Shown: positions 40,745 to 53,283 of the stretch, one piece after another | Numbering within the stretch: the stretch's first letter is position 1 | Layout of the letters: the number at the start of each line of letters is the position of its first letter | Assembly (NCBI GenBank): GCA_046598345.1 | Contig: JBKJIT010000001.1 | Span: forward strand, 44,251-108,250 | Length of the DNA stretch: 64,000 nt | Reading direction: 5' to 3' | From: Minisyncoccia bacterium | GTDB taxonomy: Bacteria; Patescibacteriota; Minisyncoccia; Phycocordibacterales; UBA918 | Notes under the pieces: generated by a model | Told to the model about the DNA's origin: nothing | Databases searched by the model: none | Seen by the model: only the letters and a program-made list of their open reading frames with translations | Program-made: the position numbers and the translations under genes

Positions 40745-40775
40745 CTTCTTCCGGAGGTCCGGCCTCCGGAAGAAG
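40745..40775. repeat. Third REP-like unit directly after the transposase stop codon
   Basis: cttcttccggaggtccggcctccggaagaag; 20 bp identical to 40037-40056. Confidence 0.93.
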
Positions 40776-40802
40776 AAATCATTTGTTGCTATACTAGAAA
40801 TA

Positions 40803-40904
40803 ATGTTTAACAAGACCTTTTACAAGTTCTTCTTTACCTTTCTTGTAATTATTGCAAGCACTCTCGTTCTCATTCTTGTAGTGGGAGCGGGAGCAGAGAA
40901 ATAG
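40803..40904 (+). CDS. 33-aa single-TM peptide (not in ORF track)
   Basis: MFNKTFYKFFFTFLVIIASTLVLILVVGAGAEK; follows TGcTATACT -10; ends 1 nt before the next ATG. Confidence 0.6.
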   Translation: MFNKTFYKFFFTFLVIIASTLVLILVVGAGAEK

Positions 40905-40905
40905 T

Positions 40906-41385
40906 ATGCGTATTTCTGATCAATATTTTTGGAACTTCGTTTTTCTTCTCTTTTTCTTAGGGATGGTTATTATGGGAACTATAATTCTCGAAACGGAGAC
41001 GTATAAGAAATTTGCAGAGCTTACGCTTACTGATTTTGTACTTATGTCGCTCGCGGCGTTTCGTCTTACTCGTATGGTGGTATATGACAAGATCTTTGCT
41101 TTTTTCAGGGAACAGTTCTGGGATTTGAAGGAACTCAAAAGCGGCTTCGTACTTGTGAAACCGGAGAGAGGTCCACGCCGCACGCTCGCAGACTTACTCT
41201 CTTGCCCGTGGTGCTTTGGGATGTGGGCAGGTGCGACTGTTTCTTTCTTTTACCTTCTTACGCCGTATGCATTTTATCCCGTGCTTCTTCTTTCGATTTC
41301 GTCCCTCGCAACGCTTATCCAAATCGCCGCAAATTTGATTGGGTGGAGAGCGGAACAACTCAAGAGTGATGTCGAATCACTTTAG
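40906..41385 (+). CDS. DUF1360 membrane protein
   Basis: LAAFRLTR...D.I...R, LLSCPWCFGMW. Confidence 0.85.
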   Translation: MRISDQYFWNFVFLLFFLGMVIMGTIILETETYKKFAELTLTDFVLMSLAAFRLTRMVVYDKIFAFFREQFWDLKELKSGFVLVKPERGPRRTLADLLSCPWCFGMWAGATVSFFYLLTPYAFYPVLLLSISSLATLIQIAANLIGWRAEQLKSDVESL

Positions 41386-41432
41386 AACGTCCAGAAAGCC
41401 TATCGCCACTTTCTAATTTCCAAACACGCTGT

Positions 41433-41545
41433 TTGCGTAAATTGTATTTTTTGGTATAGTCTTTCGCATACAGGCTCATGACAGCTGGTCTCATATCGGA
41501 AAGGATATGACGTAATGAACCGTTTGGTTCGCCGGCCGAGGTCCC
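41433..41545 (+). promoter_or_regulatory. rplJ promoter and ribosomal protein L10 leader
   Basis: TTGCGT-16-TATAGT; GACAGCTGG...TAA...CCGGCCGAGGTC matches the L10-leader pattern upstream of rplJL. Confidence 0.7.
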
Positions 41546-41747
41546 ATCTCTTTTTAGAAAGATAGGGGGTCGAACTCAAGTCTGCCGAGCAAATTGCTCG
41601 GTTCGTCTGTTTTATAAACTAAGAAAAGAAATTATTTTTAGAACAATTCGAGACGTGAGTGAATGGGCGACTAAGCTGTAGTTAGCTCTACAGCGCATGG
41701 AGCACATGAGTGAAACAACGAAGAAGTGTTCAAAAATAAGTACTTTT

Positions 41748-42233
41748 ATGGCAGTAACAAAAGCAAAGAAGGGAGAAATAATCACCAAGCTTGAAGGCAT
41801 CAAGAAAGATGCCGACACGATGGTCTTTGTGAATTACAAAGGACTGAGCGTAGCGGATACAACCGCCATGCGAGCAAAGCTCCGTGAAAGTGGAGTGGGG
41901 TACTTTGTTGCAAAGAAAACGCTCATGCAGCGAACCTTTGGAGAAGGATTTGAAGGAACGATGCCTACCATGGAGGGAGAGATTGCTGTTGCATACAGTG
42001 AGGACGCGATGGCTCCCGCGCAGAATATGAAAGAGTTCGCAGGAAAATTCAAGGACAACGTAGCCATCTTGGGCGGCGTGTTCCAGGGAGTTTGGAAAAA
42101 TAAGGAGGAGATGACAGAAATTGCATCAATTCCGCCACTCGAGACACTTCGCGGAATGTTTGCCCAGCTCATTAACTCACCACGACAACGATTCGCAGTG
42201 GTACTAAGCAAAGTATCGGAAACAAAGCCCTAA
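41748..42233 (+). CDS. rplJ: 50S ribosomal protein L10
   Basis: YKGLSV, VAKKTL, IASIPPLETLRG; precedes rplL. Confidence 0.95.
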   Translation: MAVTKAKKGEIITKLEGIKKDADTMVFVNYKGLSVADTTAMRAKLRESGVGYFVAKKTLMQRTFGEGFEGTMPTMEGEIAVAYSEDAMAPAQNMKEFAGKFKDNVAILGGVFQGVWKNKEEMTEIASIPPLETLRGMFAQLINSPRQRFAVVLSKVSETKP

Positions 42234-42355
42234 TATTACAAATTCAGACTGAGGTGGTAAACGGGAACCTGGCGCTCGTTTTGAAGGACGGGGGTCCACA
42301 AAACGACGGCTAAGATTTTCTAATTTGCTACGCTCATAATTAAATCTAAGCACAC

Positions 42356-42718
42356 ATGAACAACGATCAAATTATTGAAGCAGTTGAGAAGATGACCGTA
42401 CTTGAACTCAACACGCTCGTTAAGACAATTGAAGAGAAGTGGGGAGTATCTGCGGCAGCAGTTGCAGTTGCTGGACCAGCAGCAGGGGGTGACGCAGGTG
42501 AAGAGCAAAGTGAGTTCAATGTTGAGCTTACTGAGGCAGGTGCTCAAAAGATTGCCGTTATTAAGGTGATTAAGGAAGCCCTCGGACTTGGTCTCAAGGA
42601 GGCTAAGGACATGGTAGATGCAGTACCTGCTATGGTTAAGGAAGGTATGAAGAAAGAAGATGCAGAAGTCCTCAAGGCGAAGCTCGAAGAAGCTGGAGCA
42701 AAAGTAACTTTGAAATAA
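42356..42718 (+). CDS. rplL: 50S ribosomal protein L7/L12
   Basis: KIAVIKVI...[21 protein letters not shown]. Confidence 0.98.
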   Translation: MNNDQIIEAVEKMTVLELNTLVKTIEEKWGVSAAAVAVAGPAAGGDAGEEQSEFNVELTEAGAQKIAVIKVIKEALGLGLKEAKDMVDAVPAMVKEGMKKEDAEVLKAKLEEAGAKVTLK

Positions 42719-42811
42719 GTTTCCCAACACAAAAAACGTGGACTGTTGTCCGCGTTTTTTTGTTGTGTGTTAGACTCTTGTAGTTTTGTGTCAACCTGAC
42801 AAGGAGGCCAT

Positions 42812-42994
42812 ATGGCTACTTCAGAAGTATCGACTGAAGAAGTCGTGCGTAAGGTAAAGGGGGTGCTCGATAGTGGAGAAGCAGATCGACTTATGGAAGA
42901 GTGTAATACAGGAGAAGCTGATCGAAAGATTGAACAACTGCGAAGAGCAGAGCATATTTCTGAAGAAGTTTGGCACAGACGCATAACGATTTGA
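42812..42994 (+). CDS. Small orphan protein (60 aa) with internal GEADR duplication
   Basis: AAGGAGG SD; terminator hairpin near 43001-43041. Confidence 0.55.
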   Translation: MATSEVSTEEVVRKVKGVLDSGEADRLMEECNTGEADRKIEQLRRAEHISEEVWHRRITI

Positions 42995-43122
42995 AGGCAG
43001 AAAACCCACCTCCTCGCATACGAGTTCGCGGTGGGTTTTTTCTTATTTCATGACATGTCACATCGTTTTGTCCAGGTTATGTGGAAAAAATCCGCGTGCT
43101 ATAATCTCGTCACTATTTCAGT

Positions 43123-43746
43123 ATGACAGATCCGCTTGCAATTCTGTTCGGCTCACCAGCTCGGGTAAAACTGCTTCGTTTTTTTCTTTTTAATCCGTCC
43201 CAAGAGTTCACCTTTGATGATATTTCAAGGCGTGCAAAGCTTGTACGTCGTACTGCCCGTACGGAGATTAATGCGCTTGAGCGAGCGGAAGTGATTAAGC
43301 GAAAGATGGTCTACCACAAACTTCCAAATCGCGATATTAGGACGCGCGTTTTGATCTATACGCTGAATAACAAATTTCCACAGCTTTCATCACTGCAAAC
43401 ATTTCTTTTTGAAACTGCACCGATTGATGGGAAGACGTTAACTAAACATATTCGCAAAGCAGGCCCCGTTGATTTTGTTGCATGTGCGGGGGTGTTTATG
43501 CGCGAATTTGATCGGAGACTCGACGTGCTTGTCGCAATGAAAAAACTTAATGAGGGAAAGATCGAGGTTGCAATGCGCTCGCTTGAATCCGAACTCGGCA
43601 TTGAAATTAAATATGCAACGTTCACGACGGAAGATCTCATTTATCGAGTCGGAATGTACGATAAGCTCACGCGCGACTTTTTTGATTACCCGTATCAGAT
43701 ACTTGTTGATAAGGTGGGGATTAGGGACGAGCTCCATCGGCCGTAG
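43123..43746 (+). CDS. Winged-HTH plus nucleotidyltransferase-like fold protein
   Basis: LFGSPARVKLLRFFLFNP N-terminus; AGVF...LDVLV, EIKYATF. Confidence 0.65.
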   Translation: MTDPLAILFGSPARVKLLRFFLFNPSQEFTFDDISRRAKLVRRTARTEINALERAEVIKRKMVYHKLPNRDIRTRVLIYTLNNKFPQLSSLQTFLFETAPIDGKTLTKHIRKAGPVDFVACAGVFMREFDRRLDVLVAMKKLNEGKIEVAMRSLESELGIEIKYATFTTEDLIYRVGMYDKLTRDFFDYPYQILVDKVGIRDELHRP

Positions 43747-43979
43747 CTTTGATTTTGGCCATCTGCGTTGATTACTGCAGTACATAGCATTCGGCGTAGT
43801 TATATACGCCTCATGATATTTTCTTTGTGCTCCTAGCATCTGGCTCATAATCACAGCTGCGGAGACTAACAAGCTAATAAATCTGACCCAAAATCTGTAT
43901 TTTGACCCACCTGCATGGGGTCTCATTGAAGGAAAAATGGAGGGCAAAAATGAGTAATCTGAAGGACGCTAGAACGGCC

Positions 43980-44007
43980 TTGACTCCCTAACGCTTTCCT
44001 ATATAAT
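43980..44007 (+). promoter_or_regulatory. Sigma70 promoter of the 23S-5S unit
   Basis: TTGACT-16-TATAAT followed by GC-rich discriminator ggcgcc. Confidence 0.8.
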
Positions 44008-44502
44008 GGCGCCTACGTGTTTATGCATTTTTCACTAAGAACCACTTAGCGGCACCAGAACCGAAGGGTTCATTGTGCCGCCTCGCGCGGTTTTTTTAGT
44101 CAAAAATGCAAGGGGATACGTGTGATCATTGATAAATCCTAGAGGCAAGATCGAGCGCTTTTGGCGCCCTGGTTTCGTCTATAGGAGTTGCGTAACAATG
44201 GTCACGCAATCACATATCCTCGAGACGAGGTTGATAAGGCCTCGTCTCAGAAAAACAAATCCTGCTCGGGAATCGACGCCCGAGTAGGTGCATCTCTCAC
44301 TCAAATGAGAGGTGTCAGGTGAATGTGTAGCGTTTAGATTTTGTGTCATCGACACGGGGTCTTTTCGTCCGCTACACATTCAACACACACAACGTTTCTT
44401 TCACTTAGTATTTTTGTGGAAGAGACAAACAAGTAAGAATTGTACAGCGGTGTACAGAATCAGGTAGGTGAATGTAAAGCACTCGTAAAGCGGTGTATAG
44501 CA

Positions 44503-47723
<3,221 letters not shown>

Positions 47724-48015
47724 ATGCTGTACATGGCCCACGATGTTGAAATTTGCACATTTCTGCGTTATGCGTCGGGAAACGTTGTTCACTGGACTAA
47801 AATGTCCCGTTCACAACATTTCCCTCGCATGCCTTGAACTGTATTAAATTTTAACATCGTGAAAATAAGCTGTGTACATTTCTACGGATTCTGTACACAA
47901 AAACAATTTTTACAAAGTGTTGTGTGAGTCGATCAAGTCCACGAGGATATGTGATTCTGAAAGCAATGTTTCGGAACTAAATATTGAATATGGTAACAAG
48001 GTTTACCTACCTAAT

Positions 48016-48188
48016 CGGGATGTAGCTTAGTTGGAGAGGTTTTGCGTGTAGCATACAACCACTGCACCATCTGCAGCCGCGATATGGTGAACTGCCGACG
48101 ACAAGTTGGAGGAAGGAGTGGAAACGTACAAAGCCGAGAGTACTAGGACAGTTTCCTAGGAGCGTTGGTTCGAATCCGACCATCCCGA
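48016..48188 (+). ncRNA. tRNA-like RNA (Pro-type acceptor stem) with 102-nt D-loop insertion and atypical anticodon loop
   Basis: CGGGATG/CATCCCG-A acceptor, TAGCTTAGTTGG, CTAGG-acagttt-CCTAG arm, GTTGG-TTCGAAT-CCGAC T-arm. Confidence 0.75.
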
Positions 48189-48266
48189 CCGCCATTCTTA
48201 AGTCTTACTTAAGAATGGCAACCTTTTTACCGTATTCAATATTGAAAAATAAAATCAGCGTTTAAA

Positions 48267-48373
<107 letters not shown>

Positions 48374-48390
48374 TTTAAGTGCTGATTTAA

Positions 48391-48424
48391 CTAAAAAGCA
48401 CCAGCATCAGCTGGTGCTTTTTAG
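48391..48424 (+). terminator. Terminator of the 23S-5S unit
   Basis: aaaaagcaccagc-atca-gctggtgcttttt. Confidence 0.8.
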
Positions 48425-48596
48425 AAATCAGTCACTCAATTTTAGTTGGCGGTTCCCTTCGTCCAGTGGTTTTCTCCAAGGAAGAGAAAACCAGGAGATA
48501 AATTCAACATAGTCGTTACACTCCTTGTTTCATTCAACTTTAAGTGCTGATTTTTTATGCTCACACCGTAGCTTTTTCATATGATACTATACGTGA

Positions 48597-49127
48597 ATGA
48601 AGGATCAATTTACTCTTTTGACTACAGGCTTTCTCTCGGGTGTTGCTGTTTTGCTGTCTCTGGTCTTCACCCTTAACAATCCACTTTCTTTAATTCCAGG
48701 AATTATATATGGTGTAATTACCGGGGCTTATTTCAATCATGCATTTTTAAATCCAAAACCAATTACTAAATTAATTTTATGGACTCTTGTCTCGACATTC
48801 AGTTTTTTTGTAGCAACAAGCATAGCCGCTTCTTATGTTGCTGACAGTATAGGTCTCGATAAGAACACCATGGATAACACAACGTTTGGGCTGGTATTCG
48901 CCCTATCAGGACTTACTGGTGCATTTGTACTGGCGATTGGATTTCATTTTATATTTCACAGGTTACAACTTCTGCGATTTATATTAGTGCCTGTAACAGG
49001 AAGCATTACGGCTTTTGCTGTCATGGCATTTGAGGGGAATTTATCTACCATTCCTCTTTTATGGGTAGTTTGGCAAACAATTGTTACTTTTATTCTGGCA
49101 TATCCATTTTCTACTAAATTAAAATAA
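48597..49127 (+). CDS. AT-rich multi-TM hypothetical protein
   Basis: About 6 hydrophobic segments; leaderless-type start after TGaTACTAT. Confidence 0.7.
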   Translation: MKDQFTLLTTGFLSGVAVLLSLVFTLNNPLSLIPGIIYGVITGAYFNHAFLNPKPITKLILWTLVSTFSFFVATSIAASYVADSIGLDKNTMDNTTFGLVFALSGLTGAFVLAIGFHFIFHRLQLLRFILVPVTGSITAFAVMAFEGNLSTIPLLWVVWQTIVTFILAYPFSTKLK

Positions 49128-49147
49128 GGTTCTGGTACAATACATCA

Positions 49148-49222
49148 ATGCGAATGTGGGCACTTTGGCGACGATTGGTATACGGAGTGATATTTTTTCT
49201 GTCGTTGCCCTTTCTTAATTAG
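49148..49222 (+). pseudogene. Truncated duplicate of the 5' end of the downstream vWA gene
   Basis: MRMWALWRRLVYGV...* versus MRMWALWRRLIYGV at 49709. Confidence 0.75.
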
Positions 49223-49429
49223 GAGTAAGAAACTTGGACAGGAGCTCGCAATAGACGCTACGCTTCCCGGCTCACTTCAATTGAAGTTTTTTTTTAAAAA
49301 AAGACTTGAATGAGCCGTCTTGTGGCTGATTTGCTTCTACTTGACAATATATGATCTATATCGTATCATATTTAATTGACGTAGCATACTCACTATTTTG
49401 TGAAAGGCTACGTAACCAGGAGAGTAGAA

Positions 49430-49573
49430 ATGAAATTTGACTATCAAAAGTGGAAAGCGCACCTCACGCTGGAAAATGTAAGTCTGACGATGGCTGCCTT
49501 GGGAGGTCTCGTGCTTCTCGGCTTGGTAATAGTTCGCTTTGCGACCGTCGGCGCAGGACTGCCTGTCAGTTAA
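49430..49573 (+). CDS. 47-aa single-TM orphan peptide (not in ORF track)
   Basis: MKFDYQKWKAHLTLENVSLTMAALGGLVLLGLVIVRFATVGAGLPVS; TTGACA-17-TATCAT promoter, AGGAG SD, terminator near 49603-49630. Confidence 0.6.
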   Translation: MKFDYQKWKAHLTLENVSLTMAALGGLVLLGLVIVRFATVGAGLPVS

Positions 49574-49708
49574 GTCAGAGAGGTCAAGCATGTCGGGAAT
49601 CCACCGCACCTTATACTAAGGTGCGGTTTTATTAAATTTTGCTATGTACCAAGAAACCCCCTAGACTGCGAAGCTGTCTAGGGGGTTTCTTGGTACAATA
49701 TGCTCACT

Positions 49709-51073
49709 ATGCGAATGTGGGCACTTTGGCGACGATTGATATATGGAGTGGCTTTTGTGATGCTCATGGGTCTCATGAGTACAGGGATCTATTACAAATA
49801 TCTGTATGTTGAGCCAACGTGTTTTGATACAGTCCAAAATGGGGAAGAGAAAGGAGTAGACTGTGGAGGGAAATGCGTGCGTATATGTGCAGTAACTGTT
49901 ATGAATCCTACCGTGCTCTGGGCAGAGGCATTTCATGCCACGAAAGGGGAACATAACGCTGTTGCGTATGTCGAAAACAAAAATGAATCGGGTGCTCCTC
50001 AGGCATTCTATACACTTGCACTCCACGACGAGGGCGGGCTAATTGCAGAGCGAAAAGGTGTGACACCGATTCCTCCGCGCACCACGATTCCAATCTTTGA
50101 AGGACGAATTGAAACAGGGAATCGAGTCCCAACGCGGACTGAATTAACCTTTACCGAGATTCCACTCTGGGTGCCGGCTACCATACAAAATAACCAGTTT
50201 GTCGTTGAAAATCGCTCACTCAAAAATGCTGATACCTTACCGAGGCTTGATGCACGCGTGACTAACACATCCCTCGTGCCTGCAGAGGACATTGAAATTG
50301 TTGCCACAATCTTTGATATTAAGAGAAATCCTCTTACGTCATCCCGTACGGTGGTTCCGTACTTTGAACCACGCTCTACAAAAAACATTGTCTTTACATG
50401 GCAAGAGCCAATCGCAAAGACGATTCGAAGTTGCGAGGTTCCAACTGACATCGTGCTCGCGATCGATCTCTCGGGAAGCATGAACAATGACGGTGGCACG
50501 CCCCCTGAACCAATCAGTTCTGTACTCAAAGCCGCCAGCGCATTTGCTCTTAGGCTTAATGAGCAAGATCAAATAAGCTTAGTGACGTACGCAACTCTGG
50601 CGGTCACAAGAGAAAATCTTACGAATGAGCACGGGCGGGTGAGTGAAATTATTGATGCGCTCAAGATTGCACCTGCGGATGAAACGGGAGGTACGAATAC
50701 GGGAGATGCGCTGGTGCGTGCAACTGAGGAGCTTCGTTCAGAGCGACACAATTCGAATGCACGGAAAGTAGTCGTGCTCCTCACTGATGGACTCGCGAAT
50801 GAGCCAGACGTGGATCCAGAAGTGTACGCACTCGCTGCAGCAGAAACACTGAAGGGAACGGGAGCAGAGGTGTACACGATCGGTCTTGGAAGTGAACTTA
50901 ATGAAACATTCCTCAGAAGTATTGCGACAGATAGTGATCACTACTTCAGCGCAGGATCATCTGCAACCATTGATCGAATTTACAAAAACGTGACGAGTGC
51001 GCTCTGTGAAGACGGCGCCGCGATTATTGAGATTACGCCGAAGCCTAAGACCGACTTTGCACCACTTCAGTGA
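49709..51073 (+). CDS. Membrane-anchored protein with C-terminal von Willebrand A domain
   Basis: TM, CFD..QNG.E.GVDCGG.C motif, MIDAS DLSGS, TNTGDAL, LLTDG. Confidence 0.9.
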   Translation: MRMWALWRRLIYGVAFVMLMGLMSTGIYYKYLYVEPTCFDTVQNGEEKGVDCGGKCVRICAVTVMNPTVLWAEAFHATKGEHNAVAYVENKNESGAPQAFYTLALHDEGGLIAERKGVTPIPPRTTIPIFEGRIETGNRVPTRTELTFTEIPLWVPATIQNNQFVVENRSLKNADTLPRLDARVTNTSLVPAEDIEIVATIFDIKRNPLTSSRTVVPYFEPRSTKNIVFTWQEPIAKTIRSCEVPTDIVLAIDLSGSMNNDGGTPPEPISSVLKAASAFALRLNEQDQISLVTYATLAVTRENLTNEHGRVSEIIDALKIAPADETGGTNTGDALVRATEELRSERHNSNARKVVVLLTDGLANEPDVDPEVYALAAAETLKGTGAEVYTIGLGSELNETFLRSIATDSDHYFSAGSSATIDRIYKNVTSALCEDGAAIIEITPKPKTDFAPLQ

Positions 51074-51387
51074 CCAGAAAATAATGAGCGAAGCGTGAGA
51101 GGCAAACACTTGGAGCCTTGCAAGACTTATTAAGATTTTCTGAATAAGAAAATCTTAATAAGTTGACAGTCTCTGTAAGAGATATATTTTCTGAGTCCAT
51201 GGCCTAGAAGTTAACGAGCGAAGCGACTATAACTTCTGGTCTGTCTTCTTTTTCTTTCATAATGAAAAAGAAGGCCAAAACGTGCTTTCCTAACGCCTCG
51301 TTCCGACGCTTGAGTCTAAAGGCCCATTGTAGCAGTAGATAAATGAGACAGGCTTTCAAATAGGTTCTGGCTCCTGCATAATATGGT

Positions 51388-52503
51388 ATGCGTGGGCTGC
51401 GGGCTTTTTTTGGATCCGTCGATATATGGCTTATCTTAGCCGTAGTTTTCCTATCCCTTCTTGGACTCGTGACGATGTACACCTTCGGCGGTGACAATTC
51501 ATACTTTGAACGCCAAATAGTTTGGATTGTACTTGCGATTGGCGCGCTTCTTATTGCAATTATTCCGGACTACCGATTTCTCCGTTCAGGAAACACAACA
51601 TTCTTTCTCTATATCATTACACTCCTCCTCCTCGTGCTCGTCTTGTTTATCGGGGAGACAGTGAAAGGGGCGCAGAGCCGTTTCGATCTCATCTTCTTCT
51701 CACTGCAGCCGTCTGATCCAGCAAAGCTTATTTTGATTGCAGTTCTTGCAAAATATTTTTCAAAGCGGCATGAGCTCATTGGCGACTTCAAGCATATTCT
51801 TATTTCAGGTGTCTATGCACTTCTCGTATTTGGACTCGTATTTATTCAACCAGACTTTGGTTCTGGGATCATCATTTTTTCCATATGGTTTGGCATGGTT
51901 TTTATTTCTGGAATTTCATTTCGGCATTTGGCGGTCGTCATTACTGCGGGTGCGATAGCCTTTTTGCTTCTCTGGAATTTTGGATTTCAGGAGTACCAGA
52001 AGCAGCGCATCATGACATTTTTAAATCCTCTCGCGGACATTCAGGGGACAGGGTATAACGCGTACCAGTCGACGATTGCGGTTGGTTCCGGGCAGCTTTG
52101 GGGGAAAGGTGTTGGGTATGGGACGCAGTCGAAGCTTCAGTTTCTTCCCGAGTATGAGACCGACTTCATTTTCGCTGCGTATGCAGAGGAATGGGGACTT
52201 ATTGGGGTAGGGATGCTTTTTATACTTTTTGGAGTAGTTATCTGGCGCATTTTGCACCACGCACTTCGCGGTGCAACGAATTTTGAGCGACTCTTTGCCA
52301 CTGGTGTTGCGATCCTTATTACCGCTCACTTCTTCGTGCACATTGGTATGAATATTGGCCTTCTCCCAGTTACCGGAACGACGATTCCATTTTTAAGTTA
52401 TGGAGGGTCGCATCTTTTCACGGAGTTTATTGCAGTGGGAATGGTGATTGCGATGGGGAGGTATACGAAGAGGCACTACACTGCAAAAGACATAGTTGAG
52501 TAA
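51388..52503 (+). CDS. rodA: SEDS peptidoglycan polymerase RodA/FtsW
   Basis: GAQSRF, QPSD..K, QPDFGS, FLPE.ETDFIFA, PVTGTTIPFLSYGGS. Confidence 0.9.
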   Translation: MRGLRAFFGSVDIWLILAVVFLSLLGLVTMYTFGGDNSYFERQIVWIVLAIGALLIAIIPDYRFLRSGNTTFFLYIITLLLLVLVLFIGETVKGAQSRFDLIFFSLQPSDPAKLILIAVLAKYFSKRHELIGDFKHILISGVYALLVFGLVFIQPDFGSGIIIFSIWFGMVFISGISFRHLAVVITAGAIAFLLLWNFGFQEYQKQRIMTFLNPLADIQGTGYNAYQSTIAVGSGQLWGKGVGYGTQSKLQFLPEYETDFIFAAYAEEWGLIGVGMLFILFGVVIWRILHHALRGATNFERLFATGVAILITAHFFVHIGMNIGLLPVTGTTIPFLSYGGSHLFTEFIAVGMVIAMGRYTKRHYTAKDIVE

Positions 52504-52622
52504 ATCACCGAAAATAGCGCATTTCATTGTCGAACGTCACAAAATGCCCCTCACTGTACGATGAGTACACCTCGTGTCATTTTGTTCGTTCTCTTCGAAC
52601 TGCATCTATTTTCGGTGATTTA
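52501..52622. mobile_element. 122-bp palindromic MITE-like element starting at the rodA stop codon
   Basis: Perfect 17-bp TIR taaatcaccgaaaatag / ctattttcggtgattta. Confidence 0.7.
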
Positions 52623-52699
52623 AGGAAGCACTCAGGAAAAGTTTTAAACTATCTTTAATATAAGTAATAAAAAAGGGAACCCGAAGGCTCCCTTGTGAA

Positions 52700-53161
52700 T
52701 TAGTATTCGTTTTCTGCAGCTCTATCAGCAGCAATACTATCTTCGCGTTTTTCTGCTTTAGTGCGATCGTCATACCAAAAGTCGACGCCGCCAGTGTACT
52801 CCTGCTCTAAATTTCGCAGTGTCCTGTAGTACGTCTCGCGAAATGCCGGGTGGCACTTTTCGAGCACATCATCCGGCACATCGGGATCATGACGAGCGAT
52901 ATGGCGCGCCCGTTCACGCTGGGCTATTGCTTCTTCGGCCGCAGTCATGCGGGCCGGCGCTGTTGCCAAGGGAGTATCTTTCACTCGCCCTAGCAGCTCG
53001 TTGCGACCGCGGTAGTACCCGTCGCGGAATGAAATCGAACGTGTGTCGATTCCGCGGAGCGGTTTGCGGCTTTGCTTGCCTACTTCATAGCCATTCCTCC
53101 ATTCTGCCTGGGACACGCGGATTGTCTCCGCGACGCGGCGTTGGTTAAAAGAACCACTCAT
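52700..53161 (-). CDS. Orphan hypothetical protein
   Basis: AGGAGGTG SD; GC-richer than neighbours; terminator near 52669-52694. Confidence 0.65.
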   Translation of the reverse strand: MSGSFNQRRVAETIRVSQAEWRNGYEVGKQSRKPLRGIDTRSISFRDGYYRGRNELLGRVKDTPLATAPARMTAAEEAIAQRERARHIARHDPDVPDDVLEKCHPAFRETYYRTLRNLEQEYTGGVDFWYDDRTKAEKREDSIAADRAAENEY

Positions 53162-53283
53162 AGACACCTCCTGTTTTCACAGGAAATGGCTAGAGGGATT
53201 CTAGACCTTAAATTTCCTATGATTAAGTAAATGCAGGAAAAAGATACCATGAAAGCAATTTTTGTCAAATAGGTCTTTTCTTC

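Noticed and set aside
48016-48188. Calling this a functional tRNA-Thr(AGT) or tRNA-Pro
   Set aside because: The anticodon loop lacks U33 and purine 37 and conflicts with the Pro-type acceptor stem; reported as tRNA-like only.
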